Origin: Candidatus Gottesmanbacteria bacterium
GTDB taxonomy: Bacteria; Patescibacteriota; Microgenomatia; JACOXO01
Assembly (NCBI GenBank): GCA_016182365.1
Contig: JACOXO010000014.1
Span: forward strand, 2,294-66,293
DNA length: 64,000 nt
Direction of reading: 5' to 3'
Positions within the stretch are counted from its first letter, which is position 1. Every line of letters starts with the position of its first letter. The position numbers and the translations under genes were made by a program. This document shows, in pieces, positions 27,216 through 38,859 of the stretch. Below the pieces are notes generated by a model. It had not been told where the DNA came from, made no database searches, and worked only from the letters and a program-made list of their open reading frames with translations.

Positions 27216-28991
27216 ATGACAAACAAAGAAGTGGCCGTAATGCTTCGCGAAGTTGCAGCAGCCTTTGTAATCAAAAATGAAAACCGTTTTAGAATCATAG
27301 CTTATGAAAGAGCTGCTGATAGTATTGAACATCAAACTCAAAGTGTTGAGGAACTGTGGAAAGAAGGAAAAATAAAGGAAATTCCAGGTATTGGACCAAA
27401 TATTGCTCAACATTTGGGTGAATTATTCACAAAAGGCAAGGTAGCACATTTTGAAAATGAAAAAAAAGGACTTCCTAAAGCTATGTTTTCACTTCTGAAC
27501 TTACCAGGTTTTGGAGCTAAAAAAGCTTTTAAATTAACTAGAGAACTCAATATTAAAGATTCAGACGACCCTTTTAAAAAACTCAAGGAAGCTGCTCAGG
27601 CTAATAAAATAGCCTCAATTGAGGGATTTGGGGAGAAGTCAGAACAGGACATTCTTACTTCTTTAGAATCTTTTCAGAAAAAAGAGGCAAAACTTTCAAG
27701 AATGTTACTACCTATTGCTTACGATATTGCTACCAGAGTAATCAATTACCTGAAGAAGTCAAATAGTGTTATAGAAATTTATCCTTTAGGAAGCCTGCGA
27801 AGAATGGTTGCAACTGTAGGTGATATTGATATAGCAATTTCATCAAATCAAGCAGAAAAAGTAATAGAATATTTTTTAAAATTCCCGGAAGTTGGGAAAA
27901 TAATTGATAAAGGCAAAGAAACCACCTCAGTTGTCCTAAAAAACGGCGTACAGGTAGATATAATGGTTCAACCGGAAATTGCATTCGGAGCTCTCCTGCA
28001 GCATTTTACAGGTTCAAAACACCACAATATTGCGCTTCGTGAGTATGCTTTAAAAAAAGATCTATCATTATCAGAGCACGGAATTAAAGATCTCAAAAGA
28101 GCAAAAGAGCAAAAGAGCAAAGAATTTAGCAATGAGGAAGTTTTTTATAATTTCCTCGGTCTTGATTGGATTCCACCAGAATTAAGAGAGGATACAGGTG
28201 AAATTGAAGCTGCTCAGAAACATAATCTACCTAATTTAGTTGAACTTTCCGATATTAAAGGTGACCTGCATTTACATTCCAACTATGATTTAAAACCATC
28301 TCATGATTTAGGACATAATTCATTTTTAGAAATTCTTAATAAAGCAACAGAATTAAAATATGAATATATTGCATTTTCCGAGCATAACCCTAAACAATCC
28401 GGACATAATATATCAGATATTATTGATATAATTAAAAGAAGAAAACAAACTATTGATAAAATTAATTACTCATTAAAAAGTGATCGAGTACATTTTTTTA
28501 ACATGATGGAGACAGATATACTTCCAAATGGCTATCTAGCGCTCCCTAAACAGACTTTTGAGTATATTGATGCTACAATTATTTCAATACATTCCTCATT
28601 CGACCAATCCAGTTCTGATATGACAAAAAGAATACTCAAGGCGTTATCATATTCTAAAGTTAAAATCTTTGGTCATCCAACAGGAAGACTTATTGAGAGA
28701 AGAGAAGGTGTTAATGCCAATTGGTTTGAAATTTTTAACTTTTGTAAAGCGAAAAATATTGCTCTTGAAATAAACGCAAATCCAAACAGACTTGATCTTC
28801 CTGATATGTTAGTAAGAGAGGCAGTGAAAAACGGCAACAAATTTGTTATTGATACAGATGCTCATCAAATTAATGAAATGAATCTTATGCGTTTTGGTGT
28901 ATCAGTTGCAAGGCGTGGTTGGTTGGAGAAAAATGATATACTTAATACTCTGCCATATAGTGAATTTAAAAAGTGGTTATTAAATTTATAG
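27216..28991 (+). CDS. polX: DNA polymerase X / PHP domain protein
   Basis: HhH motifs, GSLRR..TVGDID, HFTGSK.HN, PHP motifs DLHLHS, GHPTGR, DTDAH; start set to ATG 27216. Confidence 0.93.
   Translation: MTNKEVAVMLREVAAAFVIKNENRFRIIAYERAADSIEHQTQSVEELWKEGKIKEIPGIGPNIAQHLGELFTKGKVAHFENEKKGLPKAMFSLLNLPGFGAKKAFKLTRELNIKDSDDPFKKLKEAAQANKIASIEGFGEKSEQDILTSLESFQKKEAKLSRMLLPIAYDIATRVINYLKKSNSVIEIYPLGSLRRMVATVGDIDIAISSNQAEKVIEYFLKFPEVGKIIDKGKETTSVVLKNGVQVDIMVQPEIAFGALLQHFTGSKHHNIALREYALKKDLSLSEHGIKDLKRAKEQKSKEFSNEEVFYNFLGLDWIPPELREDTGEIEAAQKHNLPNLVELSDIKGDLHLHSNYDLKPSHDLGHNSFLEILNKATELKYEYIAFSEHNPKQSGHNISDIIDIIKRRKQTIDKINYSLKSDRVHFFNMMETDILPNGYLALPKQTFEYIDATIISIHSSFDQSSSDMTKRILKALSYSKVKIFGHPTGRLIERREGVNANWFEIFNFCKAKNIALEINANPNRLDLPDMLVREAVKNGNKFVIDTDAHQINEMNLMRFGVSVARRGWLEKNDILNTLPYSEFKKWLLNL
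28094..28117 (+). repeat. (CAAAAGAG)x3 in-frame tandem repeat inside polX
   Basis: Three perfect 8-mers, 24 bp, encoding KRAKEQKS. Confidence 0.85.
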
Positions 28992-29014
28992 ATCGGGGGT
29001 GAATTTTTATCAAT

Positions 29015-29569
29015 ATGAACTCTTTATTATTTATCGTAATTATATTAGTTGTAATTGGCGGATATTTCTTGATGATATATAACGGTTTAGTAAAAGGGAA
29101 AATGCAGGTTAAGGAAGCGTGGAGCGGAATTGATGTACAGCTTAAAAGAAGAGCTGATTTAATTCCGAATCTTGTTGAAACAGTAAAAGGCTATGCAAAA
29201 CATGAAAAAACTGTTTTTGAAAATGTAACAAAAGCAAGAAGTGCATTGCTTGGAGCCAAAAACCCGCAAGAAGCTGAGAAGGCAAACAATATGTTAACAG
29301 ATGCATTAAAAACTATCTTTGCAATTGCAGAAAATTATCCAAAGCTTGAAGCAAATCAGAATTTTAAAGAATTGCAAAGACAGCTTGAGGATACTGAGGA
29401 TAAAGTTGCATATGCACGCCAGTTCTATAACTCAAATACACTGGACTACAATACCAAAACTCAGGTTTTTCCAAGTAGTATTGTAGCCGGGATGTTCGGG
29501 TTTACACAAGAGCAATTTTTTGGTGCTACAGATGAAGATAAGAAGCCGGTAAAAGTTTCATTTAACTAA
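29015..29569 (+). CDS. lemA: LemA family protein
   Basis: [29 protein letters not shown]. Confidence 0.95.
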   Translation: MNSLLFIVIILVVIGGYFLMIYNGLVKGKMQVKEAWSGIDVQLKRRADLIPNLVETVKGYAKHEKTVFENVTKARSALLGAKNPQEAEKANNMLTDALKTIFAIAENYPKLEANQNFKELQRQLEDTEDKVAYARQFYNSNTLDYNTKTQVFPSSIVAGMFGFTQEQFFGATDEDKKPVKVSFN

Positions 29570-30459
29570 TGAACTTGCATTCTTACATATCATCAAATAA
29601 ACGTAAGACCTATTTAATTATGGGTTTCTTCGTATTGTTTATTTGCATGGTTGGATACATCTTTGGTGAAGCTCAAGGAGGATATGGTGGTAATTTCTTA
29701 TTCTTCGCACTTATTTTTTCTCTTCTCACGAGTTTTGGTAGTTATTTTTACGGAGACAAACTGATACTAAGTTTAAGCGGAGCAAGACCTGCTGACAAGA
29801 AAAAAGACTTTAATTTCTATACAGTTTGTGAAAACTTATCTATTGCTTCCGGTTTGCCAATGCCAAAACTTTATGTAATTGAAAGTAACGCTATGAATGC
29901 TTTTGCAACTGGCAGGGATCCCAAACATGCGACAATATGCGCAACATCTGGTCTTCTTGAGAGACTAGACAGGAGTGATATTGAGGGAGTAATTGCCCAC
30001 GAATTGTCTCATGTTAAAAACTACGATATCCGCTTAATGCTGATCGTTTCTGTTATGGTTGGCTCAATTGCAGTATTAGCTGATTTTTTTATGAGGTCTT
30101 TATGGTGGGGAAGGGGAAGGGATAGGGACAGGTCAAACGGTTTATTTGTTGCTTTTGCAATTATAGCTGCAATCCTTGCACCACTGGCTGCAACTCTTAT
30201 TCAACTCGCAATCTCGAGAAGAAGAGAATACTTGGCTGACGCATCCGGTGTAATGTTAACCAGAAATCCAGAAGGTCTAGCTGATGCCCTTGAGAAGATA
30301 GCTGGCGATAGATATCAGTTGGAAAACGCAAACCATGGTACCGCCCATCTTTTTATTTCCGATCCGTTTAAAGGAAAAGATGTTAAAGGTTTTATTTCAA
30401 ATTTATTTCAAACCCACCCACCGATTGAGGAGAGAATAAAAATTCTTAGATCAATGTAA
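29569..30459 (+). CDS. htpX: Zinc metalloprotease HtpX (M48)
   Basis: NAFATG, AHELSH, ISRRREYLAD, THPP. Confidence 0.93.
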   Translation: MNLHSYISSNKRKTYLIMGFFVLFICMVGYIFGEAQGGYGGNFLFFALIFSLLTSFGSYFYGDKLILSLSGARPADKKKDFNFYTVCENLSIASGLPMPKLYVIESNAMNAFATGRDPKHATICATSGLLERLDRSDIEGVIAHELSHVKNYDIRLMLIVSVMVGSIAVLADFFMRSLWWGRGRDRDRSNGLFVAFAIIAAILAPLAATLIQLAISRRREYLADASGVMLTRNPEGLADALEKIAGDRYQLENANHGTAHLFISDPFKGKDVKGFISNLFQTHPPIEERIKILRSM

Positions 30460-31062
30460 TGAATTACTGGGAACAATTAAAGGAGATATATAATAAAGTG
30501 GATATCTTCTATCAAGACTCATTCCTAGATAAATTGCTCCGTCTCTTCCCATAGAAAGATGCGCAATTTTGTCACCTTCATCAGTTGTAGTTGAGGTACG
30601 AATTATTCGTCCATCAACTAGATTTTGATTAGTCTCAAGATAATATTGCAACGCTAGTTCTGCATAATCAGCCGCATTACCAATTACTGCCTTTGCTCCG
30701 ATAATATTATGAGATTTTAGTATTGAATTTACTTCAGAAAGCATTTCTATTTGCTCAACTAAACTTTTGTTATCACTTCCTTTCAAAATATGTTTTGGAC
30801 ATGCGGCAACCTGCGAAGTTCTTGAACGACTATGCTCAAGTTCTGAGTAAGGTGTAAATGGTTCGCCAGCGCGTATACTTCTTCCTGAATTTATAGGATA
30901 CCCTAAGTTTACTAATTCTTCTATAGAAAAACCATTTAAATTGAAAAAGCGAATATAATTTAATCTTGACAAGCCTTCGAATGCTTCATCAGTGAAATAT
31001 TCCAGTTGGAGATTTAAACTAGTTTGTTTTCTCTCTCGGGCAATTACCTCAATTTGATTCAT
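30451..31062 (-). CDS. Hypothetical protein
   Basis: 203-aa ORF filling the gap between htpX and clpB; no motif recognised. Confidence 0.55.
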   Translation of the reverse strand: MNQIEVIARERKQTSLNLQLEYFTDEAFEGLSRLNYIRFFNLNGFSIEELVNLGYPINSGRSIRAGEPFTPYSELEHSRSRTSQVAACPKHILKGSDNKSLVEQIEMLSEVNSILKSHNIIGAKAVIGNAADYAELALQYYLETNQNLVDGRIIRTSTTTDEGDKIAHLSMGRDGAIYLGMSLDRRYPLYYISPLIVPSNSLH

Positions 31063-31103
31063 AGGTTATTAATATACCACAGGCTAGAAAATTTAAGCTA
31101 GTT

Positions 31104-31130
31104 TTAGCAGACTGGACAAGAGAGTGCTAG
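31104..31130. promoter_or_regulatory. CIRCE (HrcA operator), degenerate
   Basis: TTAGCAGAC-N9-GAGTGCTAG versus consensus TTAGCACTC-N9-GAGTGCTAA, just upstream of clpB. Confidence 0.75.
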
Positions 31131-31148
31131 TTGTGATATATTGCTTTT

Positions 31149-33725
31149 ATGGACCCCAATAAATTTACATATAATACCCAAGAGACAATAGCAAAAACTT
31201 TAGAGATTGCTCGCAATAATAACAATCCGCAATTATCACCCTGGCATCTATTTTATTCTTTAGTTTCATCAACTGATGGAGTGATATATGAAATTCTCAA
31301 AAAATTGGATATAAACAAAGAAAAAATGTTGACAGCAACTCAACTCAAAATTGACAATTTGCCAGAAGTTCAGGTGGAATATTCACAACCAACAATTTCC
31401 CCCGAGTTATTAAGCGTTTTTCAGAAAGCTGACAAAATTGCAAAAGAAATGGGTGATCAATTTATATCCCGTGAGCATTTATTACTGTCTCTTTTGGACT
31501 GGTCTGAAGTCTCACAGCTTGCTAAAGAGTTTAATTTTGATATAACCAAAGTTAGGGAGATTCTTATGAATCTGCGCGGCAGTCAAAAAGTAACTGACCA
31601 GAGTCCCGAAGGGAAATATAACGTACTTGAAAAATACACCATAAATTTTACAAACCTTGCCAGAAGCGGGAAACTTGATCCTGTAATTGGAAGAGATAGT
31701 GAGGTTAGAAGAGTGATGCAGGTAATATCGCGAAGAACTAAAAATAACCCTGTACTTTTGGGCGATCCGGGTGTTGGAAAAACTGCAATAGTTGAAGGAC
31801 TTGCTCAAAGAATTATTGCAGGAGATGTTCCTGAAACATTAAAAGGAAAAGATTTATTAGCTCTTGATTTAGCTTCAATTCTGGCAGGGTCTAAGTTTAG
31901 GGGAGAATTTGAAGAGAGGTTAAAAGCACTACTTTCTGAGATTGAAAAAAATCCTGACAAATATATTTTATTCATGGACGAATTACATACCTTGGTTGGG
32001 GCAGGTAGCGCAGAAGGTGCAGTTGATGCATCCAATATGTTAAAACCGGCTTTGGCAAGAGGAACATTGCATGCAATTGGAGCAACTACCGTTGGCGAAT
32101 ACAGACAACATATTGAAAAAGATCCGGCTTTAGAGCGAAGATTTCAACCGGTTTATGTAGATGAACCAACGCTTTACGATACGATTGCTATTCTTCGTGG
32201 ACTTAAAGAAAAATACGAAGCGCATCATGGCATAAAAATATCTGATGATGCGGCAATTGCCGCAGCAACTCTTTCCCAAAGATATATAACAGACAGGTTT
32301 TTACCTGATAAAGCAATCGATCTAATTGATGAAGCTGCAGCTGGAATAAAAATTGAGACTGAAAGCATGCCATATGATTTGGATATGCTTAAGAGAAAAA
32401 TAATCCAGGAAGAAATTGAACTTGCAGCCTTAAAAAAGGACAAAGATCCTAAAGCAAGCGTGAGAAAAAAAGAGTTGGAAAAAGCAGTTGCTGAAAAAAA
32501 AGATAAACAAAAAGAGCTAATGTTAGTTTGGCAAAATCAAAAAGATATTATTGGGAAAATTCAATCGCTTAGAAATCAGCTTGATAAGTTAAGACTAGAT
32601 TTAGAATCTGCCGAGAGGAATGTTGAACTTGAGAGGGCAGCCGAGATTAAATATGGTTCTATTCCAAAAGTGGAAAAAGAAATAAAAGAGCTTGAGAAAA
32701 AATGGAATGAAATTCCTGAGTTTAAAAGGTTGTTAAGACAAGTAGTTACCGAAGAAGATATTGCCCGGGTTGTGGGAAAATGGACAGGTATTCCTGTTTC
32801 AAAGCTTATAAAATCTGAGGGAGAAAAATTATCAACTTTGGAAGATGAACTAAAGAAACGAGTTGTTGGTCAAGATGATGCATTAATTTCAATTGCAAAG
32901 GCAGTTCGAAGAAATAGGGCTGGTTTATCTGAAGGCAAAAAACCAATCGGAACTTTCCTATTCTTAGGCCCAACAGGAGTAGGGAAAACAGAGACAGCAA
33001 AGGCATTAGCTCAATCACTATTTAATAGTGAGGATGCGCTAATTAGAATTGATATGACTGAGTATCAGGAAGCGCATAGTGTGGCAAGACTTATAGGAGC
33101 ACCACCTGGATATGTTGGATACGATGAAGGCGGTCAATTAACAGAGGCAGTTAGGAGAAAACCATATAGCGTGATTCTTTTTGACGAAATAGAAAAAGCA
33201 AACCTACAAATATTTAATCTGTTTCTGCAGATCTTTGATGATGGAAGGTTAACGGATGGGAGGGGAAGAACAGTTAATTTTAGAAATACAATTATTATTA
33301 TGACTTCTAATTTAGGAAGTGAAATTATTTCAGAGTATGAGGATAAACCGGATGAGTTGCAAAGAAAAATGTGGGAGGTTTTACGGGCAAAATTCAGACC
33401 GGAATTTTTAAATAGAATAGATCAGATTGTTATATTTAATAGTTTAAGTGATAAGTTAATAAGGGAAATAGTTGATATTGCCCTTTCTAGATTTGCCCAA
33501 ACTCTAGCCAAAAAAGATATTAAGATTTCGTTTAGCAAAGATCTTACTAATTATTTAGCAAAAACCGGATTTGATAAAACCTATGGAGCGCGACCGCTTC
33601 AAAGGCTTATTACCTCAACAATTGAAGACGAACTTGCAAGTTTGATTGTTGATAATAAACTAGGGCAGGGAGATGAAGTTATTGCAGATTATAAAAACGG
33701 AAAAATAACTGTTTCAAAAAAATAA
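31149..33725 (+). CDS. clpB: Chaperone ClpB
   Basis: Two AAA+ domains ([16 protein letters not shown]) and a long coiled-coil middle domain. Confidence 0.95.
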   Translation: MDPNKFTYNTQETIAKTLEIARNNNNPQLSPWHLFYSLVSSTDGVIYEILKKLDINKEKMLTATQLKIDNLPEVQVEYSQPTISPELLSVFQKADKIAKEMGDQFISREHLLLSLLDWSEVSQLAKEFNFDITKVREILMNLRGSQKVTDQSPEGKYNVLEKYTINFTNLARSGKLDPVIGRDSEVRRVMQVISRRTKNNPVLLGDPGVGKTAIVEGLAQRIIAGDVPETLKGKDLLALDLASILAGSKFRGEFEERLKALLSEIEKNPDKYILFMDELHTLVGAGSAEGAVDASNMLKPALARGTLHAIGATTVGEYRQHIEKDPALERRFQPVYVDEPTLYDTIAILRGLKEKYEAHHGIKISDDAAIAAATLSQRYITDRFLPDKAIDLIDEAAAGIKIETESMPYDLDMLKRKIIQEEIELAALKKDKDPKASVRKKELEKAVAEKKDKQKELMLVWQNQKDIIGKIQSLRNQLDKLRLDLESAERNVELERAAEIKYGSIPKVEKEIKELEKKWNEIPEFKRLLRQVVTEEDIARVVGKWTGIPVSKLIKSEGEKLSTLEDELKKRVVGQDDALISIAKAVRRNRAGLSEGKKPIGTFLFLGPTGVGKTETAKALAQSLFNSEDALIRIDMTEYQEAHSVARLIGAPPGYVGYDEGGQLTEAVRRKPYSVILFDEIEKANLQIFNLFLQIFDDGRLTDGRGRTVNFRNTIIIMTSNLGSEIISEYEDKPDELQRKMWEVLRAKFRPEFLNRIDQIVIFNSLSDKLIREIVDIALSRFAQTLAKKDIKISFSKDLTNYLAKTGFDKTYGARPLQRLITSTIEDELASLIVDNKLGQGDEVIADYKNGKITVSKK

Positions 33726-35015
33726 ATGCCACTAATCATAACTTCTTTAATTAGTAAAGCGGTTTCCATAGCGAGCCGCTTTTTTGGTATTGGAGCCGGT
33801 GTTACCTGGGCAGGTGAGATAGGTTTAACTTTAGATCCTAAGATTATAAACAAACTAATTCCCCAGGTGAAAAAAGGTGTAATTGTAATTGCAGGAACTA
33901 ACGGGAAAACTACAACTTCGGCAATGGTTAAGCATATTTTAAACGAAAGTGATTATAAAGTAATTCATAATAAGACTGGCGCGAATCTAGAAAATGGTAT
34001 TGCAGGCACTTTACTATTAAATACAAATTTTTTGGGGAAGTTATCCATAGACTTTGCTATTTTTGAACTGGATGAAGGAGCTTTTCCTAAAGTAATTACA
34101 AAACTTAATCCAAAAATAATAGTTCTATTAAATCTTTTTAGGGACCAGTTGGATAGGTATGGAGAAGTTGATTCTATTGCTCAAAAGTGGATGATAGGAT
34201 TAAAAGGAGTGTCAGATAAAACTACTTTAGTTTGCAATGCTGATGATCCATTAATCTCTGAAATAGGAAATAAATTTAAAGGTAAAGTTGTCTATTTTGG
34301 TTTAAATGATAGTTCAAAAACAATTTCCAAACTTCCACATGCGGTTGATTCAACCTACTGTTTGAACTGCGGCAATAAATTAAGCTATAAAAAAGTTTTT
34401 CTTTCGCATTTTGGTGACTGGTACTGCACGAACTGTCATTTAAAACGACCAAAGCTTACTCTTAATAAAATAAACTCTCCTCTTATTGGAGTTTATAACG
34501 AATATAATAGTTTAGCCTCAAGCCTTACCTGTCAGGTTTTAGGAATATCAAAAAATGAAGCACAACAAAAAATATTGACTTTTACACCAGCTTTTGGAAG
34601 ACAGGAGGAGTTTAACGTGAATAGTAAAAAAATAAAAATATTTCTTTCCAAAAATCCGGCAGGTTTCAATGAGAGTTTAAGAACAGTTCTTACTCAAAAA
34701 GATTTTTCAACAATAATATTTGCATTAAATGACAGAATAGCAGATGGAACAGATGTTTCTTGGATTTGGGATGTTGACTTTGATGAAATAGTTAGTAAAA
34801 CTAACAACATTCTATGTACAGGAGACAGAGCTAATGATATGGCCATTCGTATTAAGTATGCAGGTGATAAGGATATTAAACCAATTTTTGATCTTAATAA
34901 AGCAATAGAAAAAGGATTAGAAAATACTAGAGAAAATGAAACTTTGTATATTTTACCAACATATACAGCAATGCTTGATATAAGAAAAATACTGACAGGT
35001 AAAAAAATATCATGA
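33726..35015 (+). CDS. murT: Lipid II isoglutaminyl synthase subunit MurT
   Basis: GTNGKTTT, NLFRDQLDRYGE, CxxC pairs, KNPAG, DVSWIWD. Confidence 0.88.
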   Translation: MPLIITSLISKAVSIASRFFGIGAGVTWAGEIGLTLDPKIINKLIPQVKKGVIVIAGTNGKTTTSAMVKHILNESDYKVIHNKTGANLENGIAGTLLLNTNFLGKLSIDFAIFELDEGAFPKVITKLNPKIIVLLNLFRDQLDRYGEVDSIAQKWMIGLKGVSDKTTLVCNADDPLISEIGNKFKGKVVYFGLNDSSKTISKLPHAVDSTYCLNCGNKLSYKKVFLSHFGDWYCTNCHLKRPKLTLNKINSPLIGVYNEYNSLASSLTCQVLGISKNEAQQKILTFTPAFGRQEEFNVNSKKIKIFLSKNPAGFNESLRTVLTQKDFSTIIFALNDRIADGTDVSWIWDVDFDEIVSKTNNILCTGDRANDMAIRIKYAGDKDIKPIFDLNKAIEKGLENTRENETLYILPTYTAMLDIRKILTGKKIS

Positions 35016-35731
35016 ATAAGCTAAGTTTAACAATTTTGTGGATGTATCCTGATTTAATGAGTACATATGGTGATCGAGGAAATATAATTGTACTCACAAA
35101 AAGGAGCCAGTGGCGCGGTATTGTTGTAAATATAATAGAAAATGGCATCGAAAAGGCAGATTTAATATTTATGGGTGGAGCTCAAGATAGACAGCAGAAG
35201 ATTGTCAGCCGAGATTTGTTTTCAAAAAAGGGAGAAATTCTAAGACAGAAAATCGAAGAAGGTGTACCTGGATTATTTATCTGCGGAGCTTACCAGTTCT
35301 TAGGACATTATTATTTACCCGCAGAGGGTGATAAAATTCCAGGTCTTTCAATATTTGATGCTTATACAAGGCATTATGGTTTACAAAAGCCAAGGGCAAT
35401 TGGAAATATTGTAATTGACTGGAATGGAAAGAAACTTGTTGGTTTTGAAAATCATGGCGGAAGGACATATTTAGGTAAAAAGGTCAGACCTTTTGGCCTC
35501 GTTTTGAAGGGGTATGGGAATAATGGAGAGGATAAAACAGAAGGTGCGGTTTATAAAAATGCTTATGGGACATATCTTCATGGACCGATCCTTCCTAAAA
35601 ACCCCGAATTCGCCGATTTCCTGATCCAAAAAGCACTGGAGGTTAAATATAAAAAAGAAATTAAACTAAAATCTCTTGACAATTCTTTGGAACAACAAGC
35701 GAAAAAATCAATTCTTCAAAAAATAGTTTAA
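35012..35731 (+). CDS. gatD: Glutamine amidotransferase subunit GatD (CobQ-like)
   Basis: YPDLMSTYGDRGN, ICGAYQ, GFENH, YLHGP.LPKNP; paired with murT. Confidence 0.88.
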   Translation: MNKLSLTILWMYPDLMSTYGDRGNIIVLTKRSQWRGIVVNIIENGIEKADLIFMGGAQDRQQKIVSRDLFSKKGEILRQKIEEGVPGLFICGAYQFLGHYYLPAEGDKIPGLSIFDAYTRHYGLQKPRAIGNIVIDWNGKKLVGFENHGGRTYLGKKVRPFGLVLKGYGNNGEDKTEGAVYKNAYGTYLHGPILPKNPEFADFLIQKALEVKYKKEIKLKSLDNSLEQQAKKSILQKIV

Positions 35732-35859
35732 GCTAATAACAAATTTAACCTTATTTATGCTAGTGTTGATTTTAGGTTAATCATGTAAAAATAGAACCAG
35801 TCTAATGATTCGAATAATCGATCTAGATATTTTCCATAACAGGATGTAGAATACTGCGT

Positions 35860-36165
35860 ATGAGTGAAAACTCCCTTACTAAAGACGAAGTTAAGCATAT
35901 TGCAAAGCTTGCGAATCTTCCTGTAACTGAAGAGGAAATTATTAAGTTTCAAAAACAGTTATCAGAAACTGTGGATTATATTAAAACTTTATCATCAGTT
36001 GCGACTCAAGGTGTTGAACCCACAAGTCAAGTGACAGGGTTAAAAAATGTAACAAGAACTGACGAACCAGCTCCATCGCAAACTCAGGAAGAAGCTTTAT
36101 CAAATGCAAAAAATACCCATAACGGTTTTATAAAAGTTAAAGCAATTTTTAATGAACAAACTTAA
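35860..36165 (+). CDS. gatC: Asp/Glu-tRNA amidotransferase subunit C
   Basis: VKHIAKLANL, position directly before gatA. Confidence 0.92.
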   Translation: MSENSLTKDEVKHIAKLANLPVTEEEIIKFQKQLSETVDYIKTLSSVATQGVEPTSQVTGLKNVTRTDEPAPSQTQEEALSNAKNTHNGFIKVKAIFNEQT

Positions 36166-37564
36166 TCAGTTAACAATCAAACAAGCCAAAGACGGATTAA
36201 AAGAAAAAAAATTTTCCTCAGTTGAGTTAACTCAAGCTTGCCTTGATGAAATTGAAAGAGTTGATAAGACTATTAATGCTTTTATTACAGTTACTAAAGA
36301 TTATGCTTTAACAAAAGCAAAAGAAGCTGACCAACTTTTAGCTCAAGGTGCGATAAAACCACTTCTTGGTATTCCGATTGCATTTAAAGATCTTTATTTG
36401 ACTAGGGGAATTAGGACAACAGCAGCGTCAAGAGTTTTAAAAGACTATATACCTCAATATTCATCAACTGTAGTTGAAAAGATTGAAAATGCAGGAGCAG
36501 TTATTATCGGGAAAACAAATTCAGATGCATGGGCTCATGGTTCATCTGGTGAAAACTCTGATTTTGGGTCTACCAAAAATCCTTGGAATATTCATAAAAT
36601 TCCAGGAGGCTCTTCCAGTGGGTCAGCAACTGCAGTTTCTGCTTCATGTTCTCCGGCTGCAATGGGAACAGATACTGGTGGTTCAATACGACTGCCAGCT
36701 TCATTTACAAATACCGTTGGGTTAAAACCAACATACGGTAGAGTAAGTAGATATGGTGTTGTTGCGATGGCTTCATCGCTTGATACAATGGGACATTTTA
36801 CAAAAACAGTTGAAGACTCCGCTTTATTGCTATCTGTAACTGCAGGAAAAGATAAACAAGATGCAACTTCACTAGATGTACCTGTTCCCGATTATGCTAA
36901 TGAATTAATTAAAAATCGAATAGTAACTATTGGTTTAGCAAAAGAATATTTTTCTGAAGGTATTAATGAAGAAATTAAAAGCAGTTTAGAACAGGCAGTA
37001 AACAAACTAAAATCTAAAGGATTTGAAATTAAAGAAATAGGTTTACCTCATACAAAAGCTGCACTGGCAGCATACTACATTATCGTGTTTTCAGAAGTAT
37101 CTTCAAATCTAAGTAGATACGATGGTATTAGATACGGTAATGATAGAAGTTATTTTGGTGACGAAGCAAAAAGAAGAATAATGTTAGGAACTTATTCGCT
37201 TTCTGCCGGTTATTATGACGCTTATTATTTGAAAGCTTCAAAAGTTCAAACGTTAGTAAAACAAGACTTTGAGAATGCTTTTAAACAAGTTGATGTTCTA
37301 ATTGGTCCAGTTTCACCTACATTACCTTTTAATCTTGGTGAAAAAGTAAATGATCCATTGTCTATGTATTTGAGTGATGTTTTGACAGTGCCTATTAATC
37401 TTGCAGGAGTGCCTTCGTTATCAGTTCCCTGCGGTTTTTCTGATAACAACCTACCAATTGGTTTTCAAATAATCGGTCCTCAATTATCAGAAGGTTTATT
37501 ATTTTCAATCGGACATAAATATCAATCATTAACCGATTTTCATACAAAAACAGCAAATATATGA
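36152..37564 (+). CDS. gatA: Asp/Glu-tRNA amidotransferase subunit A
   Basis: Amidase signature [24 protein letters not shown]. Confidence 0.96.
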   Translation: MNKLNQLTIKQAKDGLKEKKFSSVELTQACLDEIERVDKTINAFITVTKDYALTKAKEADQLLAQGAIKPLLGIPIAFKDLYLTRGIRTTAASRVLKDYIPQYSSTVVEKIENAGAVIIGKTNSDAWAHGSSGENSDFGSTKNPWNIHKIPGGSSSGSATAVSASCSPAAMGTDTGGSIRLPASFTNTVGLKPTYGRVSRYGVVAMASSLDTMGHFTKTVEDSALLLSVTAGKDKQDATSLDVPVPDYANELIKNRIVTIGLAKEYFSEGINEEIKSSLEQAVNKLKSKGFEIKEIGLPHTKAALAAYYIIVFSEVSSNLSRYDGIRYGNDRSYFGDEAKRRIMLGTYSLSAGYYDAYYLKASKVQTLVKQDFENAFKQVDVLIGPVSPTLPFNLGEKVNDPLSMYLSDVLTVPINLAGVPSLSVPCGFSDNNLPIGFQIIGPQLSEGLLFSIGHKYQSLTDFHTKTANI

Positions 37565-38859
37565 AAACTTACGAACCAATTATCGGGATGGAAATACATG
37601 TTGAATTAAAAACCAGATCAAAGATGTTTTGTTCTTGTAGTGCAGATTGGTTTGGTAAGAAGCCGAATACTCACACTTGTCCTGTTTGTTTAGGTTTGCC
37701 TGGAGCATTGCCGGTTCCCAACAAAATTGCAATAGAATGGTCTATAAAACTAGGTTTAGCTTTAAACTGTAAAATTCCGTCTTTTTCTAAATTTGACAGG
37801 AAAAATTACTTTTATCCAGATCTGCCAAAAGGTTATCAAATAAGCCAGTATGATCAGCCATTTGCAATCAACGGAAATCTTAAAAAAGTGGGTATAAGAA
37901 GAGTGCATTTGGAAGAGGACACCGGAAAGCTTATTCATCAGGGAGATTCTACTCTAATTGATTTTAATAGAAGTGGAGTACCACTAGTTGAAATAGTTAC
38001 CGAGCCAGACATTCATTCTTCAGAGGATGCCAAAGCATTTCTCCAGGAGCTTCATAGAATAATAAGGTATTTGGATATTTCTGATGCGGACATGGAGAAG
38101 GGAAGTATGAGATTGGAGCCCAATATTTCTGTTGGAACTGGTGAGGTGCCTGACTACAAGGTTGAGGTAAAAAATATTAACTCGTTTAATTTTGTCAAAA
38201 AAGCTATAGATTATGAGATTGCAAGGCATAAGGAAATTCTTGAGAAAGGGCAAGTTCCAGTTCAAGAAACTAGAGGTTGGGATGAAAAAAAAGCCATAAC
38301 ATATAGTCAAAGACTTAAAGAAAAAGCACATGATTACAGGTATTTTCCAGAACCTGATATACCGCCGTTAATATTCAAAGAGAAAGAGATCAAAAGAGCA
38401 AAAGATCAACTGCCAAAACTTCCTGGTGATAAAAGGAGAGAACTTAAAGAGCTTGGTTTGAAAGATGATGATATAGAAATAATAATTGATGATATTGCTA
38501 CACTTAACTTCTTCGAACAGGCTCTTAATGTTGTGCGACTATCGGGGAATAGGGAGATATCAGCTCAAGAAATAGCAAATTGGTTGGTTAACAAAAAAAT
38601 AAATATTGATAAACAAAATCCCAAAGATTTAATTATGGCCATAATTGCAAAAAAACAAAATTCCCAAATTTCATCTGATATAGTTAGTAAAGCTATAGAT
38701 AAGGTAATATCAGCAAATCAAAAAGCGATAGACGATTATAATGGTGGAAAAACGGGGGTTATTATGTTTCTGGTCGGTCAGGTTATGGGTGCAACTAAAG
38801 GCAAGGGAGATGCTCAGGAAATTAGAAAACTATTAGAAAAAAAGTTGACCTATGGCTGA
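37561..38859 (+). CDS. gatB: Asp/Glu-tRNA amidotransferase subunit B
   Basis: [35 protein letters not shown]. Confidence 0.97.
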   Translation: MKTYEPIIGMEIHVELKTRSKMFCSCSADWFGKKPNTHTCPVCLGLPGALPVPNKIAIEWSIKLGLALNCKIPSFSKFDRKNYFYPDLPKGYQISQYDQPFAINGNLKKVGIRRVHLEEDTGKLIHQGDSTLIDFNRSGVPLVEIVTEPDIHSSEDAKAFLQELHRIIRYLDISDADMEKGSMRLEPNISVGTGEVPDYKVEVKNINSFNFVKKAIDYEIARHKEILEKGQVPVQETRGWDEKKAITYSQRLKEKAHDYRYFPEPDIPPLIFKEKEIKRAKDQLPKLPGDKRRELKELGLKDDDIEIIIDDIATLNFFEQALNVVRLSGNREISAQEIANWLVNKKINIDKQNPKDLIMAIIAKKQNSQISSDIVSKAIDKVISANQKAIDDYNGGKTGVIMFLVGQVMGATKGKGDAQEIRKLLEKKLTYG

